Origin: Macrostomum lignano
Lineage: Eukaryota
NCBI GenBank assembly: GCA_002269645.1
Contig: NIVC01001853.1
Span: forward strand, 62,001-126,000
Reading direction: 5' to 3'
DNA length: 64,000 nucleotides
The stretch's first letter is position 1. Each line of letters opens with the position of its first letter. Position numbers and translations under genes: made by a program. Of the stretch, positions 23,980 through 37,370 are shown piece by piece. The notes under the pieces are model-generated. The model made no database searches. It was not told where the DNA came from and saw only the letters and a program-made list of their open reading frames with translations.

Positions 23980-25100
23980 AGGGAGAGAGCGGATGAAATA
24001 GAGAATAAAACCGGGGAGAGAGCGGATGAAATAGAGAATAAAACCGGGGAGAGAGCGGATGAAATAGAGAATAAAACCGGGGAGAGAGCGGATGAAATAG
24101 AGAATAAAACCGGGGAGAGAGCGGATGAAATTGAGAATAAAACCGGGGAGAGAGCGGATGAAATTGAGAATAAAACCGGGGAGAGAGCGGATGAAATTGA
24201 GAATAAAACCGGGGAGAGAGCGGATGAAATTGAGAATAAAACCGGGGAGAGAGCGGATGAAATAGAGAATAAAACCGGGGAGAGAGCGGATGAAATAGAG
24301 AATAAAACCGGGGAGAGAGCGGATGAAATAGAGAATAAAACCGGGGAGAGAGCGGATGAAATTGAGAATAAAACCGGGGAGAGAGCGGATGAAATTGAGA
24401 ATAAAACCGGGGAGAGAGCGGATGAAATTGAGAATAAAACCGGGGAGAGAGCGGATGAAATTGAGAATAAAACCGGGGAGAGAGCGGATGAAATTGAGAA
24501 TAAAACCGGGGAGAGAGCGGATGAAATTGAGAATAAAACCGGGGAGAGAGCGGATGAAATTGAGAATAAAACCGGGGAGAGAGCGGATGAAATAGAGAAT
24601 AAAACCGGGGAGAGAGCGGATGAAATTGAGAATAAAACCGGGGAGAGAGCGGATGAAATTGAGAATAAAACCGGGGAGAGAGCGGATGAAATTGAGAATA
24701 AAACCGGGGAGAGAGCGGATGAAATTGAGAATAAAACCAGGGAGAGAGCGGATGAAATAGAGAACAAAACCGGGGAGAGAGCGGATGGAGAGAGCGGATG
24801 GAGAGAGCGGATGGAGAGAGCGGATGGAGAGAGCGGATGGAGAGAGCGGATGGAGAGAGCGGATGGAGAGAGCGGATGGAGAGAGCGGATGGAGAGAGCG
24901 GATGGAGAGAGCGGATGGAGAGAGCGGATGGAGAGAGCGGATGGAGAGAGCGGATGGAGAGAGCGGATGGAGAGAGCGGATGGAGAGAGCGGATGGAGAG
25001 AGCGGATGGAGAGAGCGGATGGAGAGAGCGGATGGAGAGAGCGGATGGAGAGAGCGGATGGAGAGAGCGGATGGAGAGAGCGGATGGAGAGAGTGGAAGG
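23980..25100. repeat. Compound minisatellite: 33-bp unit (23980-24780) followed by a 13-bp (GGAGAGAGCGGAT)n array
   Basis: Visible; the 33-mer contains the 13-mer core. Confidence 0.95.
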
Positions 25101-25699
25101 AGAGCCGAACATATGAGACCAATATTAAAGTGATTCTGTAAACAAAGCCGCTCAAATGAGCTCATACACGTAAAAGAAAAGTTGAGAACTTCACAACTTT
25201 TCTTCGATAATTCAATTTCTCTCTGGCTCCCGGCTGGCAGTAAAATATCCCGTACACAGGCTGAGCTCAAATAAAAGTACATTCCGGCTCTCTTGATCTT
25301 TCAAGACGCTTGACAAAGTTGTCCACCGATCGATAATATTATTGCGGATCTGAGCGAGCCAGCCCTGCTCCCCGCACACGGGGGAAGAGAGACGGAGAAC
25401 GTTGTGTACTTTTATTGTCGTCCAAAAATGCCCGCTGGAGCAGCCGCTATGGAAATTATATTTTCTATCTGAGCGGCTAATCAGGTTAGCCAGCTAGTAG
25501 TCAAGGAGTTGGCGGACCTGCAGCTGACGCCCCCGAGACCGCTCTGTTCTCATTCTTCTCTGATATTAGATTAGATGTTCTTTGTATGCGAGCATTGAAG
25601 GGTTTTTTGGTTTGATTTTCTGGTTGTTTTCGAATAGTTAAAAGTTATGCTGAGCATATTTTGGCGTTCTATTAGTTTGCTAATCTTATCTACAGCGAA

Positions 25700-25975
25700 A
25701 TCTGTCACTCTGGTTAGAGAGAGTTCTGTCACTCTGATTAGAGAGAGTTCTGTCACTCTGATTGGATAGAATTCTGTCACTCTGGTTAAAGAGAGTTCTG
25801 TCACTCTAATCAGGGAGAATTCTGTCACTCTGATTAGAGAGAAATCGGTCGCTCCAATTAGAGAGTCACTCTGGTTAGAGAGAATTCTGTCACTCCAAAT
25901 AGAGAGAATTTTGTCACTCCAATTAGAAATAAATCTGTCACTCCAAAAAGAGTGAATTTTGTCACTCCAATCAGT
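25700..25975. repeat. 24-bp degenerate minisatellite (GAGAATTCTGTCACTCTGATTAGA)n
   Basis: Visible. Confidence 0.85.
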
Positions 25976-26489
25976 AAGGAATGGCAGAACATACTTAAAT
26001 CATCGCGTTCTCGCACTCTAAATATAGGGTAGCATATATTCGTTAGCCCATTCGAGGCCGCGATAATCAGCGCATTAATAATAAATTCTCTCATATTTCT
26101 CCCCAAAACCTTTACTATACTGTAAGCTGTTTGCCTTCGAACAGAAATTTCCCCCATTTTTTCTGGGCTGAAGTTGCAGGCTGCTTGAGAAAGTCATAAC
26201 TCAGCAATGCAAGCCAATGTGCCTTCACCTCAAACTCCTTGGCTTGGCAATGAAATATGGAGTAAAGCAGTAAACTTTGGGATCCGACAGACCCCTCTCC
26301 GAGAAGAGGCAGGAACAGCAAGGAAACAGCTTTCCTTTCATACAAGAAACATTCCTGCTCAAGGACTCAATGAATTGCCCAAGGAATTTTTTTGTAACTC
26401 AAGCAGCTCATAAAGGTTAAGAAAGGTTATGTTACGGATAATTCTATAGAAGCGAAAAGAAGAGAGAAAGATGTAAAACTCAAGTTCCA

Positions 26490-27190
26490 GAGAGCGGATG
26501 GAGAGAGCGGATGGAGAGAGCGGATGGAAAGAGCGGATGGAGAGAGTGGATGGAGAGAGCGGATGGAGAGAGCGGATGGAGAGAGCGGATGGAGAGAGAG
26601 CGGGTGGAGAGAGTGGATGGAGAGAGCGGATGGAGAGAGCGGATGGAGAGAGCGGATGGAGAGAGCGGATGGAGTGAGTGGATGGAGAGAGCGGATGGAG
26701 AGAGCGGATGGAGAGAGCGGATGGAGAGAGCGGATGGAGAGAGCGGATGGAGAGAGCGGATTGAGAGAGCGGATTGAGAGAGCGAATTGAGAGAGCGAAT
26801 TGAGAGAGCGAATGGAGAGAGCGGATGGAGTGAGTGGATGGAGAGAGCGGATGGAGAGAGCGGATGGAGAGAGCGGATTGAGAGAGCGGATGGAGAGAGC
26901 GGATGGAGTGAGTGGATGGAGAGAGCGGATGGAGAGAGCGGATGGAGAGAGCGGATGGAGAGAGCGGATGGAGAGAGCGGATGGAGAGAGCGGATGGAGA
27001 GAGCGGATGGAGAGAGCGGATTGAGAGAGCGGATGGAGAGAGCGGATGGAGAGAGCGGATGGAGAGAGCGGATTGAGAGAGCGAATTGAGAGAGCGAATG
27101 GAGAGAGCGGATGGAGAGAGCGGGTGGAGAGAGCGGATTGAGAGAGCGGATGGAGAGAGCGGATGGAGAGAGCGGATGGAGAGAGCGGAT
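26490..27190. repeat. 13-bp (GGAGAGAGCGGAT)n minisatellite
   Basis: Same unit as 24780-25100. Confidence 0.95.
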
Positions 27191-28014
27191 AAAGAAAGAT
27201 TAAGAGGAAAATTTAAAAAGTGGAGTAGTAGACTAGAATCGTATATAATTTAGAAAAATGTTTTCAATGAAAGCAAAAACCGATAAGTTTGCGAACTAGC
27301 TACTTTCAGTAGAAAAAGCGAATCATTTTTGGCTGGAAATTACTTTATTTGAATAATTTTTTGCAAAACCCACTAGTAGTCACTACAGAGCATAGTCAAT
27401 TGAAACAGCACTCGTTTCGCACTTTAAACTTTCAATGGCGGAATTCATGAAATGGAAAGCATGTAACAACATTTAATTAAAACAATCAACCGACCGACAT
27501 TTACCCTTGTTTTCGGGTCACTTGAGGTCAAATTCCGCTCAAATAGTTCTTGCTTTGCCTCTCCCCAAACGCCATCTTCATAAAGAGTTAATTGGTAACT
27601 TTTTTCGTTATGCAAGGAGCAACTTTTTTGCTGTCTCTCTGGGTTTGCCTACTGAGTTCATCTTCGGCATCTTTGTGCACGAGAGGATGGTGACTGGCTG
27701 AGGAGCATGTCATGCAATTAGGGCGGATGCAGCGTCACAAATTAGAGTGAACTGGTAGCCCAGACTTAGGGGGGCTGGACTGTAACCCAATACCCAAGTC
27801 GATTCTGGGTTCCCCAAGCCGGACCCCCCGAGGGTTGGAAAATTGATATGTCCGACACATGGACATCCTGCCGCAAGATGGCCTGTGCTGCCCACAATGT
27901 TCCTTTGGGATGATTTGTAAACAGACGCTGGTAGAAAACTAAACTGCTTAGGAATGAATGCTAATAAGATTACTATTTTGTAGATAGTGCATCTGGTTAT
28001 CTGCGAGTGCCCGA

Positions 28015-28535
28015 GGAACCCTGAGCACACACAGATCCCTGAGCACACAGAGATCCCTGAGCACACACAGATCCCTGAGCACACAGATCCCTGAGCACAC
28101 AGATCCCTGAGCACACAGAGATCCCTGAGCACACATTTCCCTGAGCATACAGAGATCCCTGAGCACACAGAGATCCCTGAACACACAGATCTCTGAGCAC
28201 ACAGAGATCCCTGAACACACAGATCCCTGAGCACACAGAGATCCCTGAACACACAGATCCCTGAGCACACAGAGATCCCTGAACACACAGATCTCTGAGC
28301 ACACAGAGATCCCTGAGCACACAAAGATCCCTGAGCACACAGATCCCTGAGCACACCGATCCCTGAGCACACCGATCCCTGAGCACACCGATCCCTGAGC
28401 ACACAGGTCCCTGAGCACACCGATCCCTGATCACACAGATCCCTGAGCACACCGATCCCTGAGCACACAGATCCCTGAGCACACAGATCCCTGAGCACAC
28501 GATCTCTGAGCACACAGATCCCTGAGCACACAGCC
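28015..28535. repeat. 16-18-bp minisatellite (GATCCCTGAGCACACA)n
   Basis: Visible. Confidence 0.95.
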
Positions 28536-28566
28536 GCAGCACTGACAGTCGCAACCCCAGCCTCAC

Positions 28567-29198
28567 CTTCAGCCACGCGTCCTCTCCTCCTCCATCTTCC
28601 GCAGTTCCCGCAGCCGCAGCCGCCAGCCGCTCTTCCCAGCAGGCGGCCCTGGTCTCCAGTTTCGCCACTGTGGCCTCATCACCGGCCGCGGCATCTCCCG
28701 TTTTGCTTGCATCCTCAGCGGCCCCGTTGGCCAGCCGGTCGCAGCCGTCGGGATCGCCGCCGCCGCTCTCTCGTCGACGCCTGGCCGCCGCGGCCGCCAC
28801 CACTGCAGCGTTGGGTTTCGGCGGCGGCTGTGGCGGCGGCTGCGAGTCGTCCTCGAGCGCCGCTCCGTTGCTGCAGGAGGTCGCCGCAGCTCCGCCGCCA
28901 GCTCCTCGAATGCCGGCAAGAGTCGCCGACAGTCGAGCGAGTCGCTGACGCAGCGGTTGAGTGTCCTCTCCGGAGTATTTGGACCTGAGCACTTCGCCGC
29001 TGTCGATGAGACTCTCGAGCTGTCGGACCAGCTCTGTTGGCGGCGGCGCCGGGCCGTCGGCGACTTGACTGAGCAGCGACTCGGTCTGGCGGCACTGCTG
29101 CTCCCACTGGCGCAGCTCGATGGCAGCCTCCTCCATCTCGGCTCTGCGCTGCTGCAGATTTCGTTCGGTCGCTTCGCAACTCGCTACAGTGGCAGCGG
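28567..29198 (-). CDS. DMD: Dystrophin exon (spectrin repeat plus low-complexity linker)
   Basis: RNLQQRRAEMEEAAIELRQWEQQCRQTESLL...LRQRLARL...EDAWLK|gtgagg. Phase-1 acceptors at 29198 or 29183. Confidence 0.85.
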
Positions 29199-29344
29199 CT
29201 GCGGGTGGCGGGCGGAGGGTCATAAACTCACTTGGTTTATGAGTCTGACACAGACTGTTTCAGCTGACAAGCACTACCTGACACACTTTTTTCTTTGACT
29301 TTCACTGAAACCTGACTTATCTACTCATCTGCTGACAACTTTTC

Positions 29345-30805
29345 ATTGGAATCTACTGACACATTTCGATTAGAATCTACTGACACATTTCAATTAGAAT
29401 CTACTGACACATTTCAATTAGAGTCTACTGACATATTTCAATTAGAATCTACTGACACATTTCAATTAGAATCTACTGACACATTTCAATTAGAGTCTAC
29501 TGACACATTTCAATTAGAATCTACTGACACATTTCAATTAGAATCTACTGACACATTTCAATTAGAATCTACTGACATATTTCAATCAGAATCTACTGAC
29601 ACATTTCAATTAGAATCTACTGACACAATTCAATTAGAGTCTACTGACATATTTCAATTAGAATCTACTGACACATTTCAATTAGAGTCTACTGACACAT
29701 TTCAATTAGAATCTACTGACACATTTCAATTAGAGTCTACTGACACATTTCAATTAGAGTCTACTGACACATTTCAATTAGAATCTACTGACACATTTCA
29801 ATTAGAGTCTACTGACACATTTCAATTAGAATCTACTGACACATTTCAATTAAAATCTACTGACACATTTCAATTAGAATCTACTGACATATTTCAATCA
29901 GAATCTACTGACACATTTTAATTAGAATCTACTGACACAATTCAATTAGAGTCTACTGACATATTTCAATTAGAATCTACTGACACATTTCAATTAGAGT
30001 CTACTGACACATTTCAATTAGAATCTACTGACACATTTCAATTAGAGTCTACTGACACATTTCAATTAGAGTCTACTGACACATTTCAATTAGAATCTAC
30101 TGACACATTTCGATTAGAATCTACTGACACATTTCAATTAAAATCTACTGACACATTTCAATTAAAATCTACTGACACATTTCAATTAAAATCTACTGAC
30201 ACATTTCAATTAGATTCTACTGACACATTTCAATTAGAATCTACTGACATATTCCAATTAGAATCTACTGACACAATTCAATTAGAATCTACTGACACAA
30301 TTCAATTAGAGTCTACTGACATATTTCAATTAGAATCTACTGACACATTTCAATTAGAATCTACTGACACATTTCGATTAGAATCTACTGACACATTTCA
30401 ATTAGAGTCTACTGACACATTTCAATTAGAGTCTACTGACACATTTCAATTATAATCTACTGACACATTTCAATTAGAGTCTACTGACACATTTCAATTA
30501 GAGTCTACTGACACATTTCAATTAGAGTCTACTGACACATTTCAATTAGAGTCTACTGACACATTTCAATTAGAATCTACTGACACATTTCAATTAGAAT
30601 CTACTGACGCATTTCCATTAGAATCTACTGACACATCAATTAGAATCTACTGACACATTTCAATCAGATTCTACTGACGCATTTCCATTAGAATCTTCTG
30701 ACACATTTCAATTAGAATCTTCTGAGACATTTTAATCAGATTCTACTGACACATTTCCATTAGAATCTACTGACACATTTCAATTAGAATCTACTGACGC
30801 ATTTC
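29345..30805. repeat. 24-bp minisatellite (TAGAATCTACTGACACATTTCAAT)n
   Basis: Visible, ~60 copies. Confidence 0.97.
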
Positions 30806-30845
30806 AAATTTTCCTGCTAAATGCAGTAAAAGCCGGGTTTTCTAC

Positions 30846-31010
30846 TAGAAGAATATTCAGTAAGCAATACGGCTAACTTATGATTTATTAATTTGTCCAG
30901 TTCCTCTAACTGTAACGTTAAGGGGTATTTAGTTTCTTCCTGGGAAAAAATTACTGCGTTACGATAATGTTTGGTTTGGGAAAATAAAGCATTTCTGCAA
31001 ATGTTCCGCT
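30846..31010 (-). CDS. DMD: Candidate AT-rich dystrophin exon (spectrin helix); 5' boundary uncertain
   Basis: KLINHKLAVLLTEY resembles human dystrophin TLVEDKLSLLNSNW (alignment from memory). Phase-1 donor A|gtagaa matches the next exon. Confidence 0.55.
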
Positions 31011-31099
31011 CTGCAGATGAGTCTGCTAGCATTCTAGCCCTGATGCACACTTGACTCTTCGGTGGGGATGCACTTCTCAGATCCCATTCCTGCCCCTTC

Positions 31100-31700
31100 C
31101 TCCCCTACTCTTCGTCTTTCTCTCCTCTCCCTCTCCTTCTCTCTCTCTCCTTCTCTCCCTCTCATTCTTTCCCTCTCCCTCTCCTTCTCTCCCTCTCCTT
31201 CTCTCCCTCTCCTTCTCTCCCTCTCCCTCTCCTTCTCTCCCTCTCCCTCTCCTTCTCTCCCTCTCCCTCTCCTTCTCTCCCTCTCCTTCTCTCCCTCTCC
31301 TTCTCTCCCTCTCCCTCTCCTTCTCTCCCTCTCCTTCTCTCCCTCTCCTTCTCTCCCTCTCCCTCTCCTTCTCTCCCTCTCCTTCTCTCCCTCTCCTTCT
31401 CTCCCTCTCCTTCTCTCCCTCTCCCTCTCCTTCTCTCCCTCTCCTTCTCTCCCTCTCCTTCTCTCCCTCTCCCTCTCTCCCTCTCCCTCTCTCCCTCTCC
31501 CTCTCCCTCTCTCCCTCTCCTTCTCTCCCTCTCCTTCTCTCTCTCCTTCTCTCCCTTTCCTTCTCTCCCTCTCCTTCTCTCTATCTCATTCTCTCCCTCT
31601 CATTCTTTCCCTCTCCCTCTCCTTCTTTCCTCTCCTTCTCTGCTCCTCTCTATCTCCCTCTCTCTCACCCATTATCTCCACCATCACTGTATTTCTCTCT
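31100..31700. repeat. CT-rich hexamer repeat (CTCTCC/CTCCTT)
   Basis: Visible. Confidence 0.92.
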
Positions 31701-31756
31701 CCACCCTCCACAGTAACCGTGCCTCAGGCCTCTCAGCCGGCGCCCTCACTCATTAC

Positions 31757-31978
31757 TCCTACACGGTTCGCGAGTCAAAGGGGCGCCGTGATTCAGCAAA
31801 AACTTTCGGTCGACAAACTCGCTCGACTCGTGCATTTCATTGCGCAAAAGAAACGATTTTTTTGAGCTAACCTCGAGCCTCCTTTCTTCACTAATCCCTT
31901 CTTCATCCCGTCTAAATTGCAATGAGATTACATTTAGAATACCCGTCATAGTTGTAGGGTTGGAAAATATTCCCAAAA
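31757..31978 (-). CDS. DMD: Candidate AT-rich dystrophin exon (spectrin repeat junction); 3' boundary between 31750 and 31763
   Basis: ctccag|TT phase-1 acceptor. SNPTTMTGILNVISLQF...RRLEVSSKKSFLLRNEMHESSEF resembles human ENPKELDERVTALKLHY...QQLEKCLKLSRKMRKEMNVLTEW (alignment from memory). Confidence 0.65.
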
Positions 31979-32295
31979 CTGGAGCTCAGGTCACACAGGG
32001 ACAAGCTAAAGATATTTTACTTTATTCGCGTGCGTAATGAAAGAGGTGGATTAATGAATAGAAGTTTTGTTAGTCATTTGCGCCTTGTGTCAAGTCAATT
32101 TGGGATGCTTTTTGTATGGTAGAGTGGATAAAATGCATTGTGAGCCATAATACAAAGCTGATTACAGGGGTCAAGTACTGCGGCGATTGCGTAAGTGGCA
32201 GCCTGACAGCTCTGAGCTAATCTGCGTAGCACCTTCGATTGCGTAATAGCCTTAGGGACTATTTTTGGGGCTATTAATTAAAAGAGGCTAAATGG

Positions 32296-32345
<50 letters not shown>

Positions 32346-32669
32346 TATAGATAGATAGATAGACAGACACTACATGTAACCAGTGTTTATGCACTTTAGG
32401 ATAGAAAAAGTAGACCAAACTGAGTGGCAGCGAAGCAAATCAGTCCTTAATGAATGAGGACTGAGAGATAAATTTAGAGAAACCAGCTCTACAGAGAAGT
32501 TTCTGCACTCAGCTCTCATAGAGAAACCGCAGGGAGGCGGTGGATTGAACAGAGAGTTCGGGCAGGAATTCACTTTGCAACACAACGAAATTGGCTCTGG
32601 TAGCTTTTCTTATGGAAATTAATGAAATCTTTTCTAGCCTACACTTTTGCTCTGCCCATTGTATCTCTC

Positions 32670-33425
32670 TCTGTATACTATCTCCCCCTCTCCGTGTCTA
32701 CTATCTCCCTCTCTCCGTGTCTACTATCTCCCTCTCTCCGTGTCTACTATCTCCCTCTCCGTGTCTACTATCTCCCTCTCTCCGTGTCTACAATCTCCCC
32801 CTCTCCGTGTCTACTATCTCCCTCTCTCCGTGTCTACTATCTCCCTCTCTCCGTGTCTACTATCTCCCTCTCTGTGTCTACTATCTCCCTCTCTCCGAGT
32901 CTACTATCTCACTCTCTTTGTCTACTATCTCCCTCTCTGTGTCTACTATCTCCCTCTCTGTGTCTACTATCTCCCTCTCTGTGTCTACTATCTCCCTCTC
33001 TGTGTCTACTATCTCCCTCTCTGTGTCTACTACCAGTATCTCCCTCTCTGTGTCTACTATCTCCCTCTCTGTGTCTACTATTTCCCTCTCTCTGTGTCTA
33101 CTATCTCCCTCTCTGTGTCTACTATCTCCCTCTCTGTGTCTACTATCTCCCTCTCTGTGTCTACTATCTCCCTCTCTGTGTCTACTATCTCCCTCTCTGT
33201 GTCTACTACCAGTATCTCCCTCTCTGTGTCTACTATCTCCCTCTCTCTGTGTCTACTATCTCCCTCTCTGTGTCTACTATCTCCCTCTCTGTGTCTACTA
33301 TCTCCTTCTCTGTGTCTACTATCTCCCTCTCTTTGTCTACTATCTCCCTCTCTGTGTCTACTATCTCCCTCTCTGTGTCTACTATCTCCCTCTCTGTGTT
33401 TACTACCTCTCTGTGTCTACTATCC
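32670..33425. repeat. 21-bp minisatellite (TCTACTATCTCCCTCTCTGTG)n
   Basis: Visible. Confidence 0.95.
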
Positions 33426-34469
33426 CCTTTTTCTACTATCCTTCACTGTGCTATCTATCCATCTATCTCTTCAAATCTATTCCTCAATAAAGCATTCTGA
33501 TCTGAAGGCACTCACCAATTAAGCCAGAAGAGACACAAGCAACACAGCAGGGCACAAATACTCAAAATATTTCAGACCTCGGGTAGAAGGTGTATCTTTG
33601 TACCTCTGTATTATCTCAACTCAGATCAGTGGATGCCCCAGTGAGGTAAGGAGACGGCGATGGCATTTAACTAAATTATCTGAGGCAGCGCAGTGAAGGA
33701 AAGGCCTTGAAGGAGATGTGCGAAAAAACTTTTTTTGAGGCCGGAGGGAGAGGGGGGAGATGGGAGAGAGGTTGTTGGATGGGCCTATTGGGCCTCGGAT
33801 GTCCAATGTGCCCATGGAGCTCTAGAATAAGGCATCTGGAGTGAAAAAATGATTAAACATTCATGTTTAAAGACGAGTCAGGTGAATTTTTTAATTTTCA
33901 TTTGTATTGTTTGAATTCTAAAAAGTTTAATAATTTTAAACAAAGGGAAAGGCTTGCTAAATTTATTATTTTATGAAGTAAAGTTTCAATTCGGATAGAT
34001 AATGATTTCTCATCCTAGAAACAATCCATGACCTTAGTCGGATTAGGGGAGGAACGAGAGAACAAGAAGGTTGGGGGGGGGGTTGAGGGATGCACGGGAG
34101 AGTAAGGAGGAAAAGCTTGGGCCCACAACTAAAAGGGGAAGAGCCAAGGAGACTGTGAACTAAAAAGATCTGGAGTGGGAAACTTTTTATAATATTGGCG
34201 AGACTGTTGTGATTGTTGAGATCAATCGGGTGCTCAGAGGTTCTCAACCTGTCTAAACCAGCATATTTAGTACCTAAGAAGAGAGAGCAGTAAGGGAAAA
34301 GCACTCAAACTCCAAACTCAATTTCGAATATTTTATATTCTTTTTCAGGGCTAATATGATCGCGAATATTTTAAAGGCAGGTGCTCACCGGTACAAACGC
34401 AAGAGAAAGTGAGAAGTCGATGGGTGAGTGGGGAGCGCGCAAATTTTAAATTGAAAACGTGCGGGAAAG

Positions 34470-35150
34470 AGGAGACAGGAGACAGGAAAGAGCAGAGGGG
34501 AGAGGAGAGAGGAGAGAGAGGACAGGGAGGAGAGGGGAGGACAGAGAAGAGAGGAGAGAGAGGAGAGGAGAGAGGAGAGGGGATAGAGGAGAGGAGAGAG
34601 GATAAAAGAGAAATGAGAGAGGAGAGAAGAGGTGGGAGATGGAAGAGAAAAGACGGTAGAAAGGAGAGAGGAGACGGGAGAAAAGAGAAAAGAGTGAAGA
34701 AAAAAGAGGGGAGATGAGAGAGATGATAGGGGAGAAGAAAAAAGAGAAATGAGAGAGGAGAGAAGAGGTAGGAGAGGGAAGAGAGAAGGGGAAGAAAGGA
34801 GACAGGAGACATGAGAGAGGAAAGAGCAGAGGGGAGAGAAGAGAAGGGAGAGAGGAGAGGAGAGAGAAGAGAGAGGAGAGAAGAGAAGGAAGAGAGGAGA
34901 GGAGAGAGAGAGAGAGAGAGAGAGAGGTGAGAGAGGAGAGGAAAAAAAGAAATAAGAGAGAAGAGGTAGGATAGGGAAGAGAGAAGGGGGAGAAAGGAGA
35001 GGGGATAGAGGAGAGAGGAGAGGAGAGAGAAGAGAGAGAAGAGAATAGAAGGGAGAGAGGAGAGGAGAGAGAGAGGAGAGGAGAGAGAGAGAGAGGACAG
35101 GGAGGAGAGGGGAGGAGAGAGGAGAGAGGAGAGAAGAGAGTGGAAAGAAT
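34470..35150. repeat. GA-rich low-complexity tract
   Basis: Visible. Confidence 0.9.
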
Positions 35151-35679
35151 ATAGGAGAAATAAAGTGAGGATTGGAGTGGTGGATTTGAGGGTCCGAGGC
35201 AGCAAAATCTGCACTCCAGATTTTGGTCCATAAGGGTCTCCTTGAATTATTTTGCCAGTGTGGCTCTCTGCCCTCCGTCCCGACTCCAGCACTGAGCCAG
35301 GGCATGCCCTGTACACTGTGGCTGCCTCCCCCCTCGTGTTTCTTATGCCCCGAGATGGATGGCGATGGGGATGGTTGGAGGCGGGCTGCAGGCTCCGTTA
35401 GAGGTTGTTTCCTCACCGAAGAAGCCATGCGAAGAAACTTTCGCCCAGGAAGCTGGGCTGCTCCCGCCTCATCAGGGGTTGGGGGGAAGGGTAGATGAGG
35501 CTACATGTATAGAATGCTTAATGATGGCCTGTTTAACTTGAGCACTCGTGAATTGTAGAAAAAATGAACGAATACGGTTCAGAACGTTCCTATTCTTTTG
35601 AACCTGTCTATTGATCCAAGCAGGTTTCTGAAGGTTGTGGTGCCGAAAATGAAATCAATATGAGGAACACAAAGCTTTC

Positions 35680-36415
35680 AAATTCACCCCGAAACTCCAC
35701 CTGAATTCACCAAAACTCCAGCTGAATTCCCCCCGAAACTCCACCTGAATTCCCCCCGAAACTCCATCTGAATTCCCCCCGAAACTCCATCTGAATTCCC
35801 CCCGAAACTCCACCTGAATTCCCCTGAAACTCCACCTGAATTCCCCCCGAAACTCCACCTGAATTCCCCCCGAAACTCCACCTGAATTCCCCCGAAACTC
35901 CACCTGAATTCCCCCCGAAACTCCACCTGAATTCCCCCGAAACTCCACCTGAATTCCCCCCGAAACTCCACCTGAATTCCCCCGAAACTCCACCTGAATT
36001 TCCCCGAAACTCCACGGGAATTCCCCGCAAACTTTACCTGAATTCTCTCCGAAACTCCACCTTAATCCACCCGAAACTTCACCTGAGTTCCCTGGAAATT
36101 TCGTCTGAATTCCCCGCAAAACTTCACCGGAGTCCACCCCCCCCCCAAACTCCACCAGAATTCCCCCAAACTCCACCTGAATTTCCCCGAAACTCCACGG
36201 GAATTCCCCGCAAACTTTACCTGAATTCTCTCCGAAACTCCACCTTAATCCACCCGAAACTTCACCTGAGTTCCCTGGAAATTTCGTCTGAATTCCCCGC
36301 AAAACTTCACCGGAGTCCACCCCCCCCCCAAACTCCACCAGAATTCCCCCCAAACTCAACCAGAATTCCCCCCAAACTATATCCGAATTACCGCCGAAAC
36401 TCCACCTATATTTCC
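35680..36415. repeat. 22-23-bp minisatellite (GAAACTCCACCTGAATTCCCCCC)n with a 183-bp internal duplication
   Basis: Visible; the block at 36001 recurs at 36184. Confidence 0.93.
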
Positions 36416-36754
36416 CTTGAAAATTTATCTCAAGCTAGAATAGGCCATTTATAATAAAAGCCGCTATTTGACCATATTTTGGAATTTACACAATACACAA
36501 CCTGAATTGAACTCAAAGTTGGGAATAATCTAACCACAATAAGAATCAATGATCCTTGAAAAATGTTTAATAAATATTTTCTTTGAAGTGGCTCTTAAAC
36601 AAATTTTCGAGTCAAAGCTTTCATTGTTGCTAGCGAATTTCAAGAGATTTAACCAGCTTCCTGTTTTGAGTGGAAAACGAAAAAATAACCGCAATATATT
36701 GCTTAGCTTACTACTCACTTAAGTAGACAAACAAGACCAAATTATTATTATTCT

Positions 36755-37370
36755 TTACTAAATAGTCCCAGATCTTTTCACTAAACAGTCCCAGATTTCT
36801 ATACTAAATAGTCCCAGATATCTATACTAAATAGTCCCAGATATCTATACTAAATAGTCCCAGATATTTTCACTAAACAGTCCCAGATTTCTATACTAAA
36901 TAGTCCCAGATTTCATTACTAAATAGTCCCAGATTTCTCAACTAAATAGTCCCAGATATCTATACTAAATAGTCCCAGATATCTATACTAAATAGTCCCA
37001 GATATCTATACTAAATAGTCCCAGATATCTATACTAAATAGTCCCAGATTTCTATACTAAATAGTCCCAGATTTCTATACTAAATAGTCCCAGATATCTA
37101 TACTAAATAGTCCCAGATATCTATACTAAATAGTCCCAGATTTCTATACTAAATAGTCCCAGATATCTATACTAAATAGTCCCAGATATCTATACTAAAT
37201 AGTCCCAGATATCTATACTAAATAGTCCCAGATTTCTATACTAAATAGTCCCAGATTTCTATACTAAATAGTCCCAGATATCTATACTAAATAGTCCCAG
37301 ATTCTCTACTAAATAGTCCTAGATTTCTCAACGAAATAGTCCCATATTTTTCCTCTAAATAGTCCCAGAC
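36755..37370. repeat. 23-bp minisatellite (CTAAATAGTCCCAGATATCTATA)n
   Basis: Visible. Confidence 0.95.

Noticed and set aside
26280-26430. LINE RT C-terminal-like text (RKQLSFHTRNIP..LNELP)
   Set aside because: The resemblance is too weak and short to call without a search.
31062-31865. Plus-strand nested terminal exon (...QQKLSVDKLARLVHFIAQKKRFF*) after a CT tract
   Set aside because: It is the antisense of the spectrin-like minus-strand exon; the CT tract is a simple repeat.
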